DNA of 64,000 nt, taken from an uncultured Robinsoniella sp. GTDB taxonomy: Bacteria > Bacillota > Clostridia > Lachnospirales > Lachnospiraceae. Position 1 is the first letter of the stretch, and every line of letters starts with the position of its first letter. Made by a program: the position numbers and the translations under genes. A model generated the notes under the pieces. The model was not told the origin of the DNA. It saw only the letters and a list, made by a program, of their open reading frames with translations, and searched no databases. This document shows, piece after piece, positions 19,787 to 28,718 of the stretch. The stretch lies in the NCBI RefSeq assembly GCF_900540475.1, contig NZ_UQGG01000003.1; one strand, 5' to 3'.

Positions 19787-19989
19787 TGGAAAAACCTCCC
19801 TTGTATTTTTGTTTCTTATATCTTACATTTTGTGGTAACAAAAGTCAATGCGAAAACTCACAAAGTTGGGAAGAGTTATTCGTCAAAAGTTATAAAATTG
19901 TACAATTTGTTTGTTGATTTTACGAAAGATTTACGAAAAGTATTTAATTGCATACAATTGTAAAGTATGTTTATAAGAAAGGTGTTAAC

Positions 19990-21297
19990 ATGAATCAAAA
20001 AACAGTAGCGCTGCATAATCTGGGATGCAAAGTAAATGCATATGAAACAGAAGCGATGCAGCAGATTTTACAGGAAAATGGTTATAAAATAGTTCCCTTT
20101 GAACCGGGGGCGGATATCTATATTATCAATACATGTACGGTGACAAATATTGCAGACCGCAAGTCCAGACAGATGCTCCACAAAGCTAAAAAAATGAATC
20201 CGGGCGCAATCGTAGTGGCTGCCGGATGTTATGTACAGGCATCCAAAGAAGAACTGAAAAAAGACGATGCAATCGACATTGTAATTGGAAATAATAAGAA
20301 AAAAGATCTGGTTTCTATCCTGAAAGCCTATGAAATAAACCAGGAAGAAGAGGAAGCAATTATCGACGTCAATCATACATCGGAGTACGAAAACCTGACA
20401 ATTTCCAGAACCGCGGAGCATACCAGGGCATATATCAAAGTACAGGACGGCTGCAACCAGTTCTGCAGCTATTGTATCATCCCCTATGCAAGAGGCAGAG
20501 TGCGCAGCAGGGACATTGAAGATGTAAAAACAGAGGTGGGCAATCTTGCAAAAGCAGGCTATCAGGAAGTTGTTTTGACTGGTATCCACCTGAGTTCTTA
20601 CGGAATAGACTTAGGTCTGACTCTGCTGGAACTGATCAGGGAGGTTCATAAAATTGAAGGAATCAAAAGAATCCGCCTGGGTTCGCTGGAACCCCGTATC
20701 ATTACCGAAGAATTTGCGAAAGAATTAAGTTCTATGGAGAAGATCTGTCCGCATTTTCACCTGTCATTGCAAAGCGGATGTGATGAAACTTTAAGCAGAA
20801 TGAACCGGCGTTATGATACAAAAGAATTCGAAGAAAAATGTATGATTTTGCGCAGATATTTTGAACTTCCGGCGCTGACTACGGATGTAATTGTTGGATT
20901 TCCGGGAGAAACAGAAGAAGAATTTAAAACGACAAAAGAGTTTTTAAAGAAGATCTGTTTTTTTGAAACACATATCTTTAAATATTCCAGACGCAAGGGT
21001 ACCAAAGCGGCAGTTATGGAAAATCAGATTGATGAAAATATAAAAAATATCCGCAGTCAGGAATTGATCCGGTTAAACGAAGATAACCAGACGGCATACG
21101 AGGAACGTTTTCTGGGAAGGAAAACCGAGATTCTTTTTGAAGAAAAAATAACGGTAGAAGAAAAAGAATATTATATCGGTCATACACGGGAATATATTAA
21201 GGCGGCATGTTTGGCAGACGCTGATTATTCCAATTGCCTGATGGAAAAAACACTCTGTGGAAGACTGAAAAATCACTTGTTATTATGTGAAAATTAG
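19990..21297 (+). CDS. mtaB: tRNA t6A37 methylthiotransferase
   Basis: LGCKVNAYE, INTCTVT, radical SAM motif GCNQFCSYC and DVIVGFPGETEEEF. Confidence 0.92.
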   Translation: MNQKTVALHNLGCKVNAYETEAMQQILQENGYKIVPFEPGADIYIINTCTVTNIADRKSRQMLHKAKKMNPGAIVVAAGCYVQASKEELKKDDAIDIVIGNNKKKDLVSILKAYEINQEEEEAIIDVNHTSEYENLTISRTAEHTRAYIKVQDGCNQFCSYCIIPYARGRVRSRDIEDVKTEVGNLAKAGYQEVVLTGIHLSSYGIDLGLTLLELIREVHKIEGIKRIRLGSLEPRIITEEFAKELSSMEKICPHFHLSLQSGCDETLSRMNRRYDTKEFEEKCMILRRYFELPALTTDVIVGFPGETEEEFKTTKEFLKKICFFETHIFKYSRRKGTKAAVMENQIDENIKNIRSQELIRLNEDNQTAYEERFLGRKTEILFEEKITVEEKEYYIGHTREYIKAACLADADYSNCLMEKTLCGRLKNHLLLCEN

Positions 21298-21409
21298 GAG
21301 AATTTGCAGTATTAAAAGAAGAGTAAAGAAACTTTTTTGAAAAATGGGATTGTAATTTTCCTTTATTTATATTAGAATGAATGTAAAGTTTAATTAAGGG
21401 CGTGATAAA

Positions 21410-21673
21410 ATGGGAAAGATTAGTAATACACAATATTTTAACGTAAACTCAGACGCAGAGATCCGGGTAAAGGACGTACTGGATACCGTTTATAATGCAA
21501 TGACTGAAAAAGGCTATAATCCTGTCAATCAGATTGTAGGCTATATTATGTCAGGTGATCCGACATATATCACCAGTCATAACAATGCCAGAAGCATGAT
21601 TATGAAAGTAGAACGGGACGAGCTGGTAGAAGAGTTATTAAAAGAGTATATCAAGAATAAGGCATGGCAGTAG
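21410..21673 (+). CDS. ireB: IreB/ReoM family regulatory phosphoprotein (UPF0297)
   Basis: [29 protein letters not shown] signature. Confidence 0.9.
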   Translation: MGKISNTQYFNVNSDAEIRVKDVLDTVYNAMTEKGYNPVNQIVGYIMSGDPTYITSHNNARSMIMKVERDELVEELLKEYIKNKAWQ

Positions 21674-21680
21674 AGACACT

Positions 21681-22118
21681 ATGAAAATAATGGGATTGGA
21701 CTATGGCTCCAAAACAGTAGGTGTAGCTATCAGCGATGCTTTGGGAATTACTGCCCAGGGGATTGAAATTGTACGAAGAACGTCCGAAAATAAGCTTCGT
21801 CAGACCCTGGCAAGAATTGAAACATTAATTCAGGAAAATGAAGTTGGAAAGTTGGTGCTCGGCTTTCCAAAAAATATGAATAACACAATTGGCGACAGGG
21901 CTGAAAAATCTTTGGCATTTAAAGAAATGCTGGAAAGAAGGACAGGTCTGGAAGTTGTCATGTGGGATGAAAGGTTAACAACCGTTGAAGCAAACCGTAC
22001 TTTGATGGAAAGCAATGTGCGAAGAGAAGACCGTAAAAAGTATGTGGACCAGCTTGCGGCTGTTTATATCCTGCAGGGTTATTTGGACAGTGAGGCAATG
22101 AAGTCGAAAGAAAATTAG
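21681..22118 (+). CDS. ruvX: Holliday junction resolvase-like / pre-16S rRNA nuclease (YqgF/YrrK)
   Basis: [23 protein letters not shown] and [15 protein letters not shown] motifs. Confidence 0.93.
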   Translation: MKIMGLDYGSKTVGVAISDALGITAQGIEIVRRTSENKLRQTLARIETLIQENEVGKLVLGFPKNMNNTIGDRAEKSLAFKEMLERRTGLEVVMWDERLTTVEANRTLMESNVRREDRKKYVDQLAAVYILQGYLDSEAMKSKEN

Positions 22119-22144
22119 AATCAGAAAAGGAGCCGCACATAAAA

Positions 22145-22411
22145 ATGGAAAAAATAAAATTTACTTTTGCAGACACAGATGAGGCTGCAGAGTTTTTTGT
22201 GTTGGAACAAACACGTATAAATGGTATGAATTATATCCTTGTTACCGAATCCGATGATGAAGAGGAAGATGCGGAAGCATTTATCTTAAAAGATCTGTCT
22301 GCAGACGGGGAGCAGGAAGCACTTTATGAGATCGTAGAAGATGACGAAGAATTGGAAGCAGTATCGAAGATTTTCAGTGAGATGCTGGAAGATGTTGATA
22401 TTACAATGTAA
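22145..22411 (+). CDS. DUF1292 family acidic protein
   Basis: Small, very acidic protein with a YEIVEDDEELEAV motif, in its conserved position after ruvX. Confidence 0.8.
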   Translation: MEKIKFTFADTDEAAEFFVLEQTRINGMNYILVTESDDEEEDAEAFILKDLSADGEQEALYEIVEDDEELEAVSKIFSEMLEDVDITM

Positions 22412-22595
22412 ACGAAATATGTGGTATATGATGTGAAAAAAATGAAGAAATACGCGGTGTAGGCCGCGTAAATATTAATGTGATAAAATATGCAGTATAA
22501 GTTGCATAAACAAATGTTGTATAGAAATATGCAGAATGAGCTGCGTATATTAAATAGATTAAAATAAAACAAGCAGGCAAAGGAGGTCTAATTGA

Positions 22596-24260
22596 TTGAA
22601 AAATATTAATAACTCAAAATTGAAAATCATTCCGCTGGGTGGATTGGAACAGATCGGAATGAACATTACTGCCTTTGAATTTGAAGACAGTATTATTGTT
22701 GTGGATTGCGGATTGTCATTTCCGGAAGACGACATGCTGGGAATTGACCTGGTAATCCCCGACATCACTTATCTGAAGAACAACATTCAGAAAGTAAAAG
22801 GGTTTGTGATCACCCATGGACATGAGGATCATATCGGTGCTCTTCCTTATATTCTGAAAGAGATTAATGTTCCGATTTATGCAACAAAGCTGACGATCGG
22901 AATCATTGATAACAAATTAAAGGAACACAACTTACTGAAGACGACAAAGCGAAAGGTCATTAAGCATGGACAGGCCATTAATCTGGGCGCTTTTCGTATC
23001 GAATTTATCAAGACCAACCACAGTATTGCAGACGCTTCCGCCCTGGCTATTTATTCACCAGCAGGAACCGTGGTGCATACAGGAGATTTTAAAGTTGATT
23101 ATACGCCGGTATTTGGAGATGCAATTGATTTACAGAGATTTGGGGAAATTGGCAAGAAGGGCGTATTGGCCCTGATGTGTGACAGTACAAACGCGGAAAG
23201 ACCTGGTTTTACCATGTCAGAACGGACAGTAGGTAAAACTTTTGACAATATATTTGCAGAGCATAAAAATACAAGAATTATCATTGCGACGTTTGCATCC
23301 AATGTAGACAGAGTTCAGCAGATCATCAATTCTGCATACAAGTACGGAAGAAAAGTTGTCGTGGAAGGAAGAAGTATGGTAAGTATCATTACCATTGCTT
23401 CAGAGTTAGGATATATCAGCATTCCGGAACATACTTTAATTGATCTGGAACAGATGAAAAACTATCCGGATGAACAAATGGTGTTAATCACTACCGGAAG
23501 CCAGGGAGAATCCATGGCTGCACTGTCCAGAATGGCATACGATATGCATCGTAAGATCAGCATCAAACCAGGGGATACGGTTATCTTCAGTTCTAATCCC
23601 ATACCGGGAAATGAGAAGGCAGTTTCCAAGGTGATCAATGAGTTATCCATGAAAGGTGCAGATGTTATTTTCCAGGATGCACACGTTTCCGGACATGCCT
23701 GCCAGGAAGAAATCAAACTGATTTATTCTCTGGTCCGCCCGAAATATGCGATTCCGGTGCATGGCGAATACCGTCATTTAAAGGCACAGGCGGGTATTGC
23801 AAACAATCTGGGCATTTCCAAAGATAATATTTTTGTGTTATCTTCCGGAGATGTGCTGGAACTGGATGACAAACAGGCTAAAATTGTGGACAAGGTACAG
23901 ACAGGAGCGATTCTAGTAGACGGCCTGGGTGTAGGCGATGTAGGAAATATTGTGCTCCGTGACAGACAGCACCTTGCAGAAGACGGAATTCTGATAGTCG
24001 TACTGACGCTTGAAAAATACAGTAACCAGCTTCTTGCCGGTCCGGATATTGTTTCCAGAGGATTTGTATATGTAAGAGAGTCTGAACTTCTTATGGATGA
24101 AGCAAGACGGGTGGTAGAGGAATCTTTAGACCATTGTGCCGATAAGAATATTACGGACTGGGGCAAGATCAAAAGCTCCATTAAGGATTCTCTCAGCGAC
24201 TATCTCTGGAAAAAGACAAAGCGTAACCCGATGATATTGCCGATTATTATGGAAGTATAA
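22596..24260 (+). CDS. rnj: Ribonuclease J
   Basis: LGGLEQIGMN, THGHEDHIG, HTGDFK and HVSGHA motifs. TTG start after AGGAGG. Confidence 0.95.
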   Translation: MKNINNSKLKIIPLGGLEQIGMNITAFEFEDSIIVVDCGLSFPEDDMLGIDLVIPDITYLKNNIQKVKGFVITHGHEDHIGALPYILKEINVPIYATKLTIGIIDNKLKEHNLLKTTKRKVIKHGQAINLGAFRIEFIKTNHSIADASALAIYSPAGTVVHTGDFKVDYTPVFGDAIDLQRFGEIGKKGVLALMCDSTNAERPGFTMSERTVGKTFDNIFAEHKNTRIIIATFASNVDRVQQIINSAYKYGRKVVVEGRSMVSIITIASELGYISIPEHTLIDLEQMKNYPDEQMVLITTGSQGESMAALSRMAYDMHRKISIKPGDTVIFSSNPIPGNEKAVSKVINELSMKGADVIFQDAHVSGHACQEEIKLIYSLVRPKYAIPVHGEYRHLKAQAGIANNLGISKDNIFVLSSGDVLELDDKQAKIVDKVQTGAILVDGLGVGDVGNIVLRDRQHLAEDGILIVVLTLEKYSNQLLAGPDIVSRGFVYVRESELLMDEARRVVEESLDHCADKNITDWGKIKSSIKDSLSDYLWKKTKRNPMILPIIMEV

Positions 24261-24272
24261 GGATAGAAAGAT

Positions 24273-24629
24273 ATGGACAAGGTGACAGCGTGCCTGGAAG
24301 CTCTTGTGGAAGCAGTGCAGGAGTGTACGGCGTACAGAGACTTTGAAAAGGCGAAAAGCAGACTGAAAGATAAACCGGAATTAAAGGCACAGATTGATGA
24401 ATTTCGAAAGAAGAATTTTGAAATGCAGAGCTTGAAAGAAGATAAAGACCTGTTTCAGGAACTTCAGAAGATTCAGAAAGATTACGCACAGTTTCGGGAA
24501 AATCCCCTGGTGGAGGACTATCTGAAGTCGGAGCTGCGTGTCTGTAAAATGCTCCAGAAGATTGATCAGGATATTATGAATGTGATTGAAATGGACATAG
24601 ACGACTTTGCCGGTGAGCTCAACTTATAG
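24273..24629 (+). CDS. YlbF/YmcA family regulator
   Basis: Helical 118-aa protein with NPLVEDYLKSE, in the typical context after rnj. Confidence 0.7.
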   Translation: MDKVTACLEALVEAVQECTAYRDFEKAKSRLKDKPELKAQIDEFRKKNFEMQSLKEDKDLFQELQKIQKDYAQFRENPLVEDYLKSELRVCKMLQKIDQDIMNVIEMDIDDFAGELNL

Positions 24630-24640
24630 GAGGTCGATAA

Positions 24641-25024
24641 ATGAATGCCAAAAAAGTAGTGTTATCCATAACGATGACCTGTGTAAAAATGGTAATCCTT
24701 ATTTTAATTGTATATGCGCTATTTGTGTTTGGCAGACATGCTTATGAATTTGGTTTTCAGGTCTTTGCAGGGGAATCCATATCCGATCCTCCCGGAAAAG
24801 AAGTGGCGGTCACCGTAACAGAAGATATGTCTGTGATGGAGATCGGTGAACTGCTGAAAAACAAAGGACTGATAAAGGATGCAAAAGTTTTCTGGGTACA
24901 GGAAAAATTGTCAAAATACAGTGGTAAATTAAAAAAAGGTAATTATATTCTGACGACGGCGCAGGATGCGGATGAGATGCTGGAAGAGCTGGCTCAGGAA
25001 ACAGAAGCACAGACGGAAGAATAG
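24641..25024 (+). CDS. Short MltG/YceG-like membrane protein (N-terminal domain only)
   Basis: TM segment plus IGELLKNKGLIKD..KLKKGNYIL, at the yrrL position before the O-methyltransferase. Confidence 0.7.
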   Translation: MNAKKVVLSITMTCVKMVILILIVYALFVFGRHAYEFGFQVFAGESISDPPGKEVAVTVTEDMSVMEIGELLKNKGLIKDAKVFWVQEKLSKYSGKLKKGNYILTTAQDADEMLEELAQETEAQTEE

Positions 25025-25033
25025 GATGGAACA

Positions 25034-25693
25034 ATGATTGTAGATGAAAGAATGGTAACCTATATCAACTCTCTGGATGTGGGGAATACGCCGTTTTTAG
25101 ACGAATTGGAGAGACAGGCATGTGAAGATTTCGTGCCGATAATCCGCCGGGAGATGCAAAGCTTTCTAAAAGTACTCCTGGCGGTCCATCGTCCCGCAAA
25201 GATTCTGGAAGTTGGGACGGCAGTGGGCTTTTCAACCTTGCTGATGAGTGAATATACCGGGGCAGACTGTCATATAACAACCATTGAAAAATATGAAAAA
25301 AGGATTCCCATTGCCCGGGAAAATTTTAAAAAAGCAGGACGGGAAGACCGGATTACCCTTTTAGAGGGGGATGCCATGGAAATTTTAAAAGAGCTGCAGG
25401 ACAGCTTTGATTTTATTTTTATGGATGCGGCAAAAGGGCAGTATATTCATTTCCTGCCGGAGGTATTAAGGCTTCTTAAACCCGGAGGCGTACTGGTATC
25501 GGACAATGTCCTCCAGGACGGTGATATTATAGAGTCCAGGTTCGCAGTAGAACGCAGAAACAGGACGATTTACAAAAGAATGAGAGATTACCTCTATGAA
25601 TTGAAACATAACGAACAGCTTCTGACCACAATTATTCCAATTGGAGACGGAGCTACGGTGAGTATAAAGCAGGAGCGTGGGACGGAGTGTTAG
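25034..25693 (+). CDS. trmR: O-methyltransferase, TrmR/YrrM-like (tRNA 5-hydroxyuridine methylation)
   Basis: ILEVGTAVGFS, FDFIFMDAAKGQY and SDNVL motifs. Adjacent to a U32 gene. Confidence 0.75.
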   Translation: MIVDERMVTYINSLDVGNTPFLDELERQACEDFVPIIRREMQSFLKVLLAVHRPAKILEVGTAVGFSTLLMSEYTGADCHITTIEKYEKRIPIARENFKKAGREDRITLLEGDAMEILKELQDSFDFIFMDAAKGQYIHFLPEVLRLLKPGGVLVSDNVLQDGDIIESRFAVERRNRTIYKRMRDYLYELKHNEQLLTTIIPIGDGATVSIKQERGTEC

Positions 25694-25854
25694 AGCGTGT
25701 TTGAAAAATGCTTTCTGACAGCTGTGCGTTCCAGTTTGTGGGATGGATACGCCAAATTTAGGAGGCATAGCGGGCTACGTAGTCTAAGTTTGGCGTATTC
25801 AGACCGCAAAGTGGGGCGTACAGATGGCGGGAATGATTTTCAAACACGCTCTAA
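25690..25854. mobile_element. 165-bp palindromic MITE/REP-like element
   Basis: Perfect 18-bp terminal inverted repeat TTAGAGCGTGTTTGAAAA/TTTTCAAACACGCTCTAA with TA on both flanks. Nested internal arms form one long hairpin. Confidence 0.8.
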
Positions 25855-25896
25855 CCTCCGTCCTTGTTTATGCACATCAGAAGAAAGGATAGAAAC

Positions 25897-27120
25897 ATGA
25901 GAAAACCAGAATTACTGATACCGGCAAGCAGCCTGGAAGTATTAAAAACAGCAGTTATATTTGGGGCAGATGCCGTATATATCGGAGGGGAAGCTTTTGG
26001 GCTTAGAGCAAAAGCCAAAAATTTTTCCATGGAAGATATGAAGGATGGAATTGCATTTGCACATCAGTATGACGTTAAAGTATATGTAACAGCGAATATT
26101 CTTGCCCACAACCTGGATTTGGACGGAGTGGAGGCATATTTTAAAGAATTGAAGGAAATCGGTCCGGACGCTTTGATCATTGCAGATCCTGGGGTATTTA
26201 TGATTGCTAAAAGAGTTTGCCCGGAAATCGAGCTCCATATCAGTACCCAGGCAAATAATACGAATTATGAAACCTACCTTTTCTGGCACGAACTGGGAGC
26301 GAAACGGGTAGTGACAGCCAGAGAGTTATCCCTGGATGAAATCCGGGAAATCAGGGCGCATATACCGGAAGAACTGGAGATTGAAACCTTTGTACACGGT
26401 GCCATGTGTATCTCCTATTCCGGAAGATGCCTGCTGAGTAATTATTTTACCGGCAGAGATGCCAACAGAGGGGCATGCACCCATCCCTGCCGCTGGAAAT
26501 ATTCCATTGTGGAAGAGACAAGGCCCGGAGAATATATGCCTGTTTATGAAAACGAACGGGGAACTTATATTTTTAATTCCAAGGACCTGTGTATGATCGA
26601 ACATATACCGGAGCTGATGGAATCCGGAATAGACAGTTTTAAAATAGAAGGCAGAATGAAAACGGCGCTTTATGTGGCAACTGTTGCAAGGACATACCGC
26701 AAAGCCATGGATGATTATGCCCGTGATCCGAAACTCTATGAACAGAATATGCCCTGGTATAAGGAGCAGATTTCCAATTGCACATACCGGCAGTTTACCA
26801 CGGGATTTTTCTTTGGTAAACCGGATGAAACCACTCAGATCTATGACAGCAATACCTATGTAAAAGAATACACTTATCTTGGCATCGTGGGAGAATGCAA
26901 TGCAGACGGGCTGTACAGAATCGAACAGCGCAATAAATTCTCCGTGGGTGAAGAAATTGAAATCATGAAACCAAACGGAGACAATCTGACTGTGACGGTG
27001 AAGCAGATTCTGGACGAGGATGGAAATCCCCAGGAGAGCGCTCCGCATCCCAAACAGGTACTCTGGATTGACCTTGGTACCACCATGGATCCCTATGATA
27101 TTTTAAGAAGAGCAGAATAA
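25897..27120 (+). CDS. U32-family protein (TrhP/YrrO-like tRNA hydroxylation)
   Basis: GADAVYIGG, HISTQA, FVHGAMCISYSGRC, NRGACTHPCR and FKIEGRMK motifs. Confidence 0.9.
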   Translation: MRKPELLIPASSLEVLKTAVIFGADAVYIGGEAFGLRAKAKNFSMEDMKDGIAFAHQYDVKVYVTANILAHNLDLDGVEAYFKELKEIGPDALIIADPGVFMIAKRVCPEIELHISTQANNTNYETYLFWHELGAKRVVTARELSLDEIREIRAHIPEELEIETFVHGAMCISYSGRCLLSNYFTGRDANRGACTHPCRWKYSIVEETRPGEYMPVYENERGTYIFNSKDLCMIEHIPELMESGIDSFKIEGRMKTALYVATVARTYRKAMDDYARDPKLYEQNMPWYKEQISNCTYRQFTTGFFFGKPDETTQIYDSNTYVKEYTYLGIVGECNADGLYRIEQRNKFSVGEEIEIMKPNGDNLTVTVKQILDEDGNPQESAPHPKQVLWIDLGTTMDPYDILRRAE

Positions 27121-27175
27121 AGGACAACCAAAAATTAATGGGAAAGGCACTAATAAGGGATTTGTAACATACAAT
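27120..27175 (+). promoter_or_regulatory. Mother-cell sigmaE/sigmaK-type promoter with SpoIIID-like box upstream of sigK
   Basis: CATACAAT at 27168-27175 with GCAC 17 bp upstream. AAGGACAACC at 27120-27129 fits WWRRACARNY. Confidence 0.6.
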
Positions 27176-27194
27176 GTTATAAATCCGCTTTGAG

Positions 27195-27821
27195 GTGCTT
27201 TTTTTGAAGACATTTCCCAAGCCGCTTACTGCCGAAGAAGAAAAGCTGTTTCTTCAAAAATACAAGGAGGGCGACCTGGACGCAAAGAGGATTCTAATCG
27301 AATGTAACCTGAGATTGGTAGCCCACGTCGCCAAAAAATATCAAAGGCCGGAAGAAGATTCGGAAGATCTGATTTCCATAGGAACCATTGGCCTGATCAA
27401 GGCAGTGACTACCTTCGATCATAGTAAAAACAATCGTTTAGCCACTTATGCCGCCAGGTGTATTGAAAATGAACTCCTCATGATGCTAAGGATGCGTAAA
27501 AAAACTTCCAAGGAAGTTTCTCTCTACGAGCCGATCGGAATGGACAAAGAGGGAAACGAAATCAGCCTTCTGGATATTATTGAGAGCAATAACGTAGACG
27601 TGATTGAAACCATGGAGTTGGAAGAAAATACAAAAAAACTGTATGAAATCTTCAAGGTATTTTTGAATGACAGAGAGCAAAAAGTAATGGTTCTCAGGTA
27701 TGGCCTCTTTGGTGCGAAAGAGACAACACAGCGGGAGATTGCAAAGGCTCTTGGTATATCCAGGTCTTATGTTTCCAGAATTGAAAAGAATGCAATAAAA
27801 AAATTACGGGAAGGCTTTTAA
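27195..27821 (+). CDS. sigK: Sporulation sigma factor SigK (uninterrupted, no evident pro-sequence)
   Basis: TFPKPL, NLRLVAHVAKKY, DLISIGTIGLIKA, LATYAARCIENE and ISRSYVSRIEK motifs. Confidence 0.9.
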   Translation: MLFLKTFPKPLTAEEEKLFLQKYKEGDLDAKRILIECNLRLVAHVAKKYQRPEEDSEDLISIGTIGLIKAVTTFDHSKNNRLATYAARCIENELLMMLRMRKKTSKEVSLYEPIGMDKEGNEISLLDIIESNNVDVIETMELEENTKKLYEIFKVFLNDREQKVMVLRYGLFGAKETTQREIAKALGISRSYVSRIEKNAIKKLREGF

Positions 27822-27962
27822 TAAGAGAAAGCTGCGGGTAAAAAAGAAAGCCTTTATCCAGATATATGCAAGAAGCATGAATTGTGCTATAATGCCAAAA
27901 AGACAGTTGCATGGGACGGCATCAGGCAGCTGTAAAGGAAACCGGAGAGGAAGAGGAAGCTT

Positions 27963-28547
27963 GTGTTGTATTTAGTTTTGGATGAAATACTTGCCGCAAC
28001 AGGTAAAGAAAAGCGCTTTCAGCAGAGCAAAGCCGCATATCAGCTTCTGGAATACGGGCTGAAAAATGAGTTAGGCATGGATAAAATTCCGGCTATTGCA
28101 AAAAACCAGTTTGGAAAGCCCTATTTTCCGGACTATCCCCATATTCATTTCAATGTGAGCCACTGCCAGAATGGGATTATGTGCGGCATACATGAAAAAG
28201 AGATAGGCGTAGATATAGAGAAACTGCTGTTGTATAAGGAAAATCTGGCTAAGCGGATCAGCCATGAAAGGGAATGGAAGCTGATGTGTGAGGCATCGGA
28301 TGAAGAAAAAAACCGGATATTTGGCCGGATCTGGGTAGCAAAAGAAAGTTATTTAAAACAGCAGGGTACCGGAATCAACCGGGACTTAAGAAGTCTTGAC
28401 TTTTCTGGATGCACACAGGATGTGTTTTATCAGTACGGCTGCCGGTTCCAAATCTGGCAGATGAAGGATTGTAACGCAGCAGTGTGCAGCGAACAGGCTA
28501 TAAGCGGTATCCGGGTGTTAAAGGCGTCGGACCTGAAAAATGATTAA
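27963..28547 (+). CDS. 4'-phosphopantetheinyl transferase (Sfp-like)
   Basis: GKPYF, FNVSH, IGVDIE and WVAKESYLK motifs. Confidence 0.88.
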   Translation: MLYLVLDEILAATGKEKRFQQSKAAYQLLEYGLKNELGMDKIPAIAKNQFGKPYFPDYPHIHFNVSHCQNGIMCGIHEKEIGVDIEKLLLYKENLAKRISHEREWKLMCEASDEEKNRIFGRIWVAKESYLKQQGTGINRDLRSLDFSGCTQDVFYQYGCRFQIWQMKDCNAAVCSEQAISGIRVLKASDLKND

Positions 28548-28585
28548 TCAGGGTCTGACGTTTATTTTTTTGTAATAAAAAACAT

Positions 28586-28614
28586 TTGCAATTTTATGTA
28601 AACCGGAGTATACT
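28586..28614 (+). promoter_or_regulatory. Putative sigma-A promoter of comM-dprA-topA
   Basis: TTGCAA-17 bp-TATACT. Confidence 0.55.
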
Positions 28615-28718
28615 AAATGAAACGCCTGAGGGCAGTATTTTTTCTTATTCTTTTCTTCAAATATCTTTTGGAGAATTTTCCTACAACTTAACGAAAATTG
28701 AATAAAGGAGGTAGCATA

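Noticed and set aside
19879..19885. Spo0A box TGACGAA on the minus strand
   Set aside because: A single 7-mer is expected by chance in 64 kb.
25697..25900. 67-aa ORF
   Set aside because: It lies almost entirely within the palindromic element.
26326..27048. Long antisense ORFs (this one, 552..1151, 20068..20589, 63306..63749 and similar)
   Set aside because: They are shadows of well-supported genes on the other strand or frame, with no motifs or RBS.
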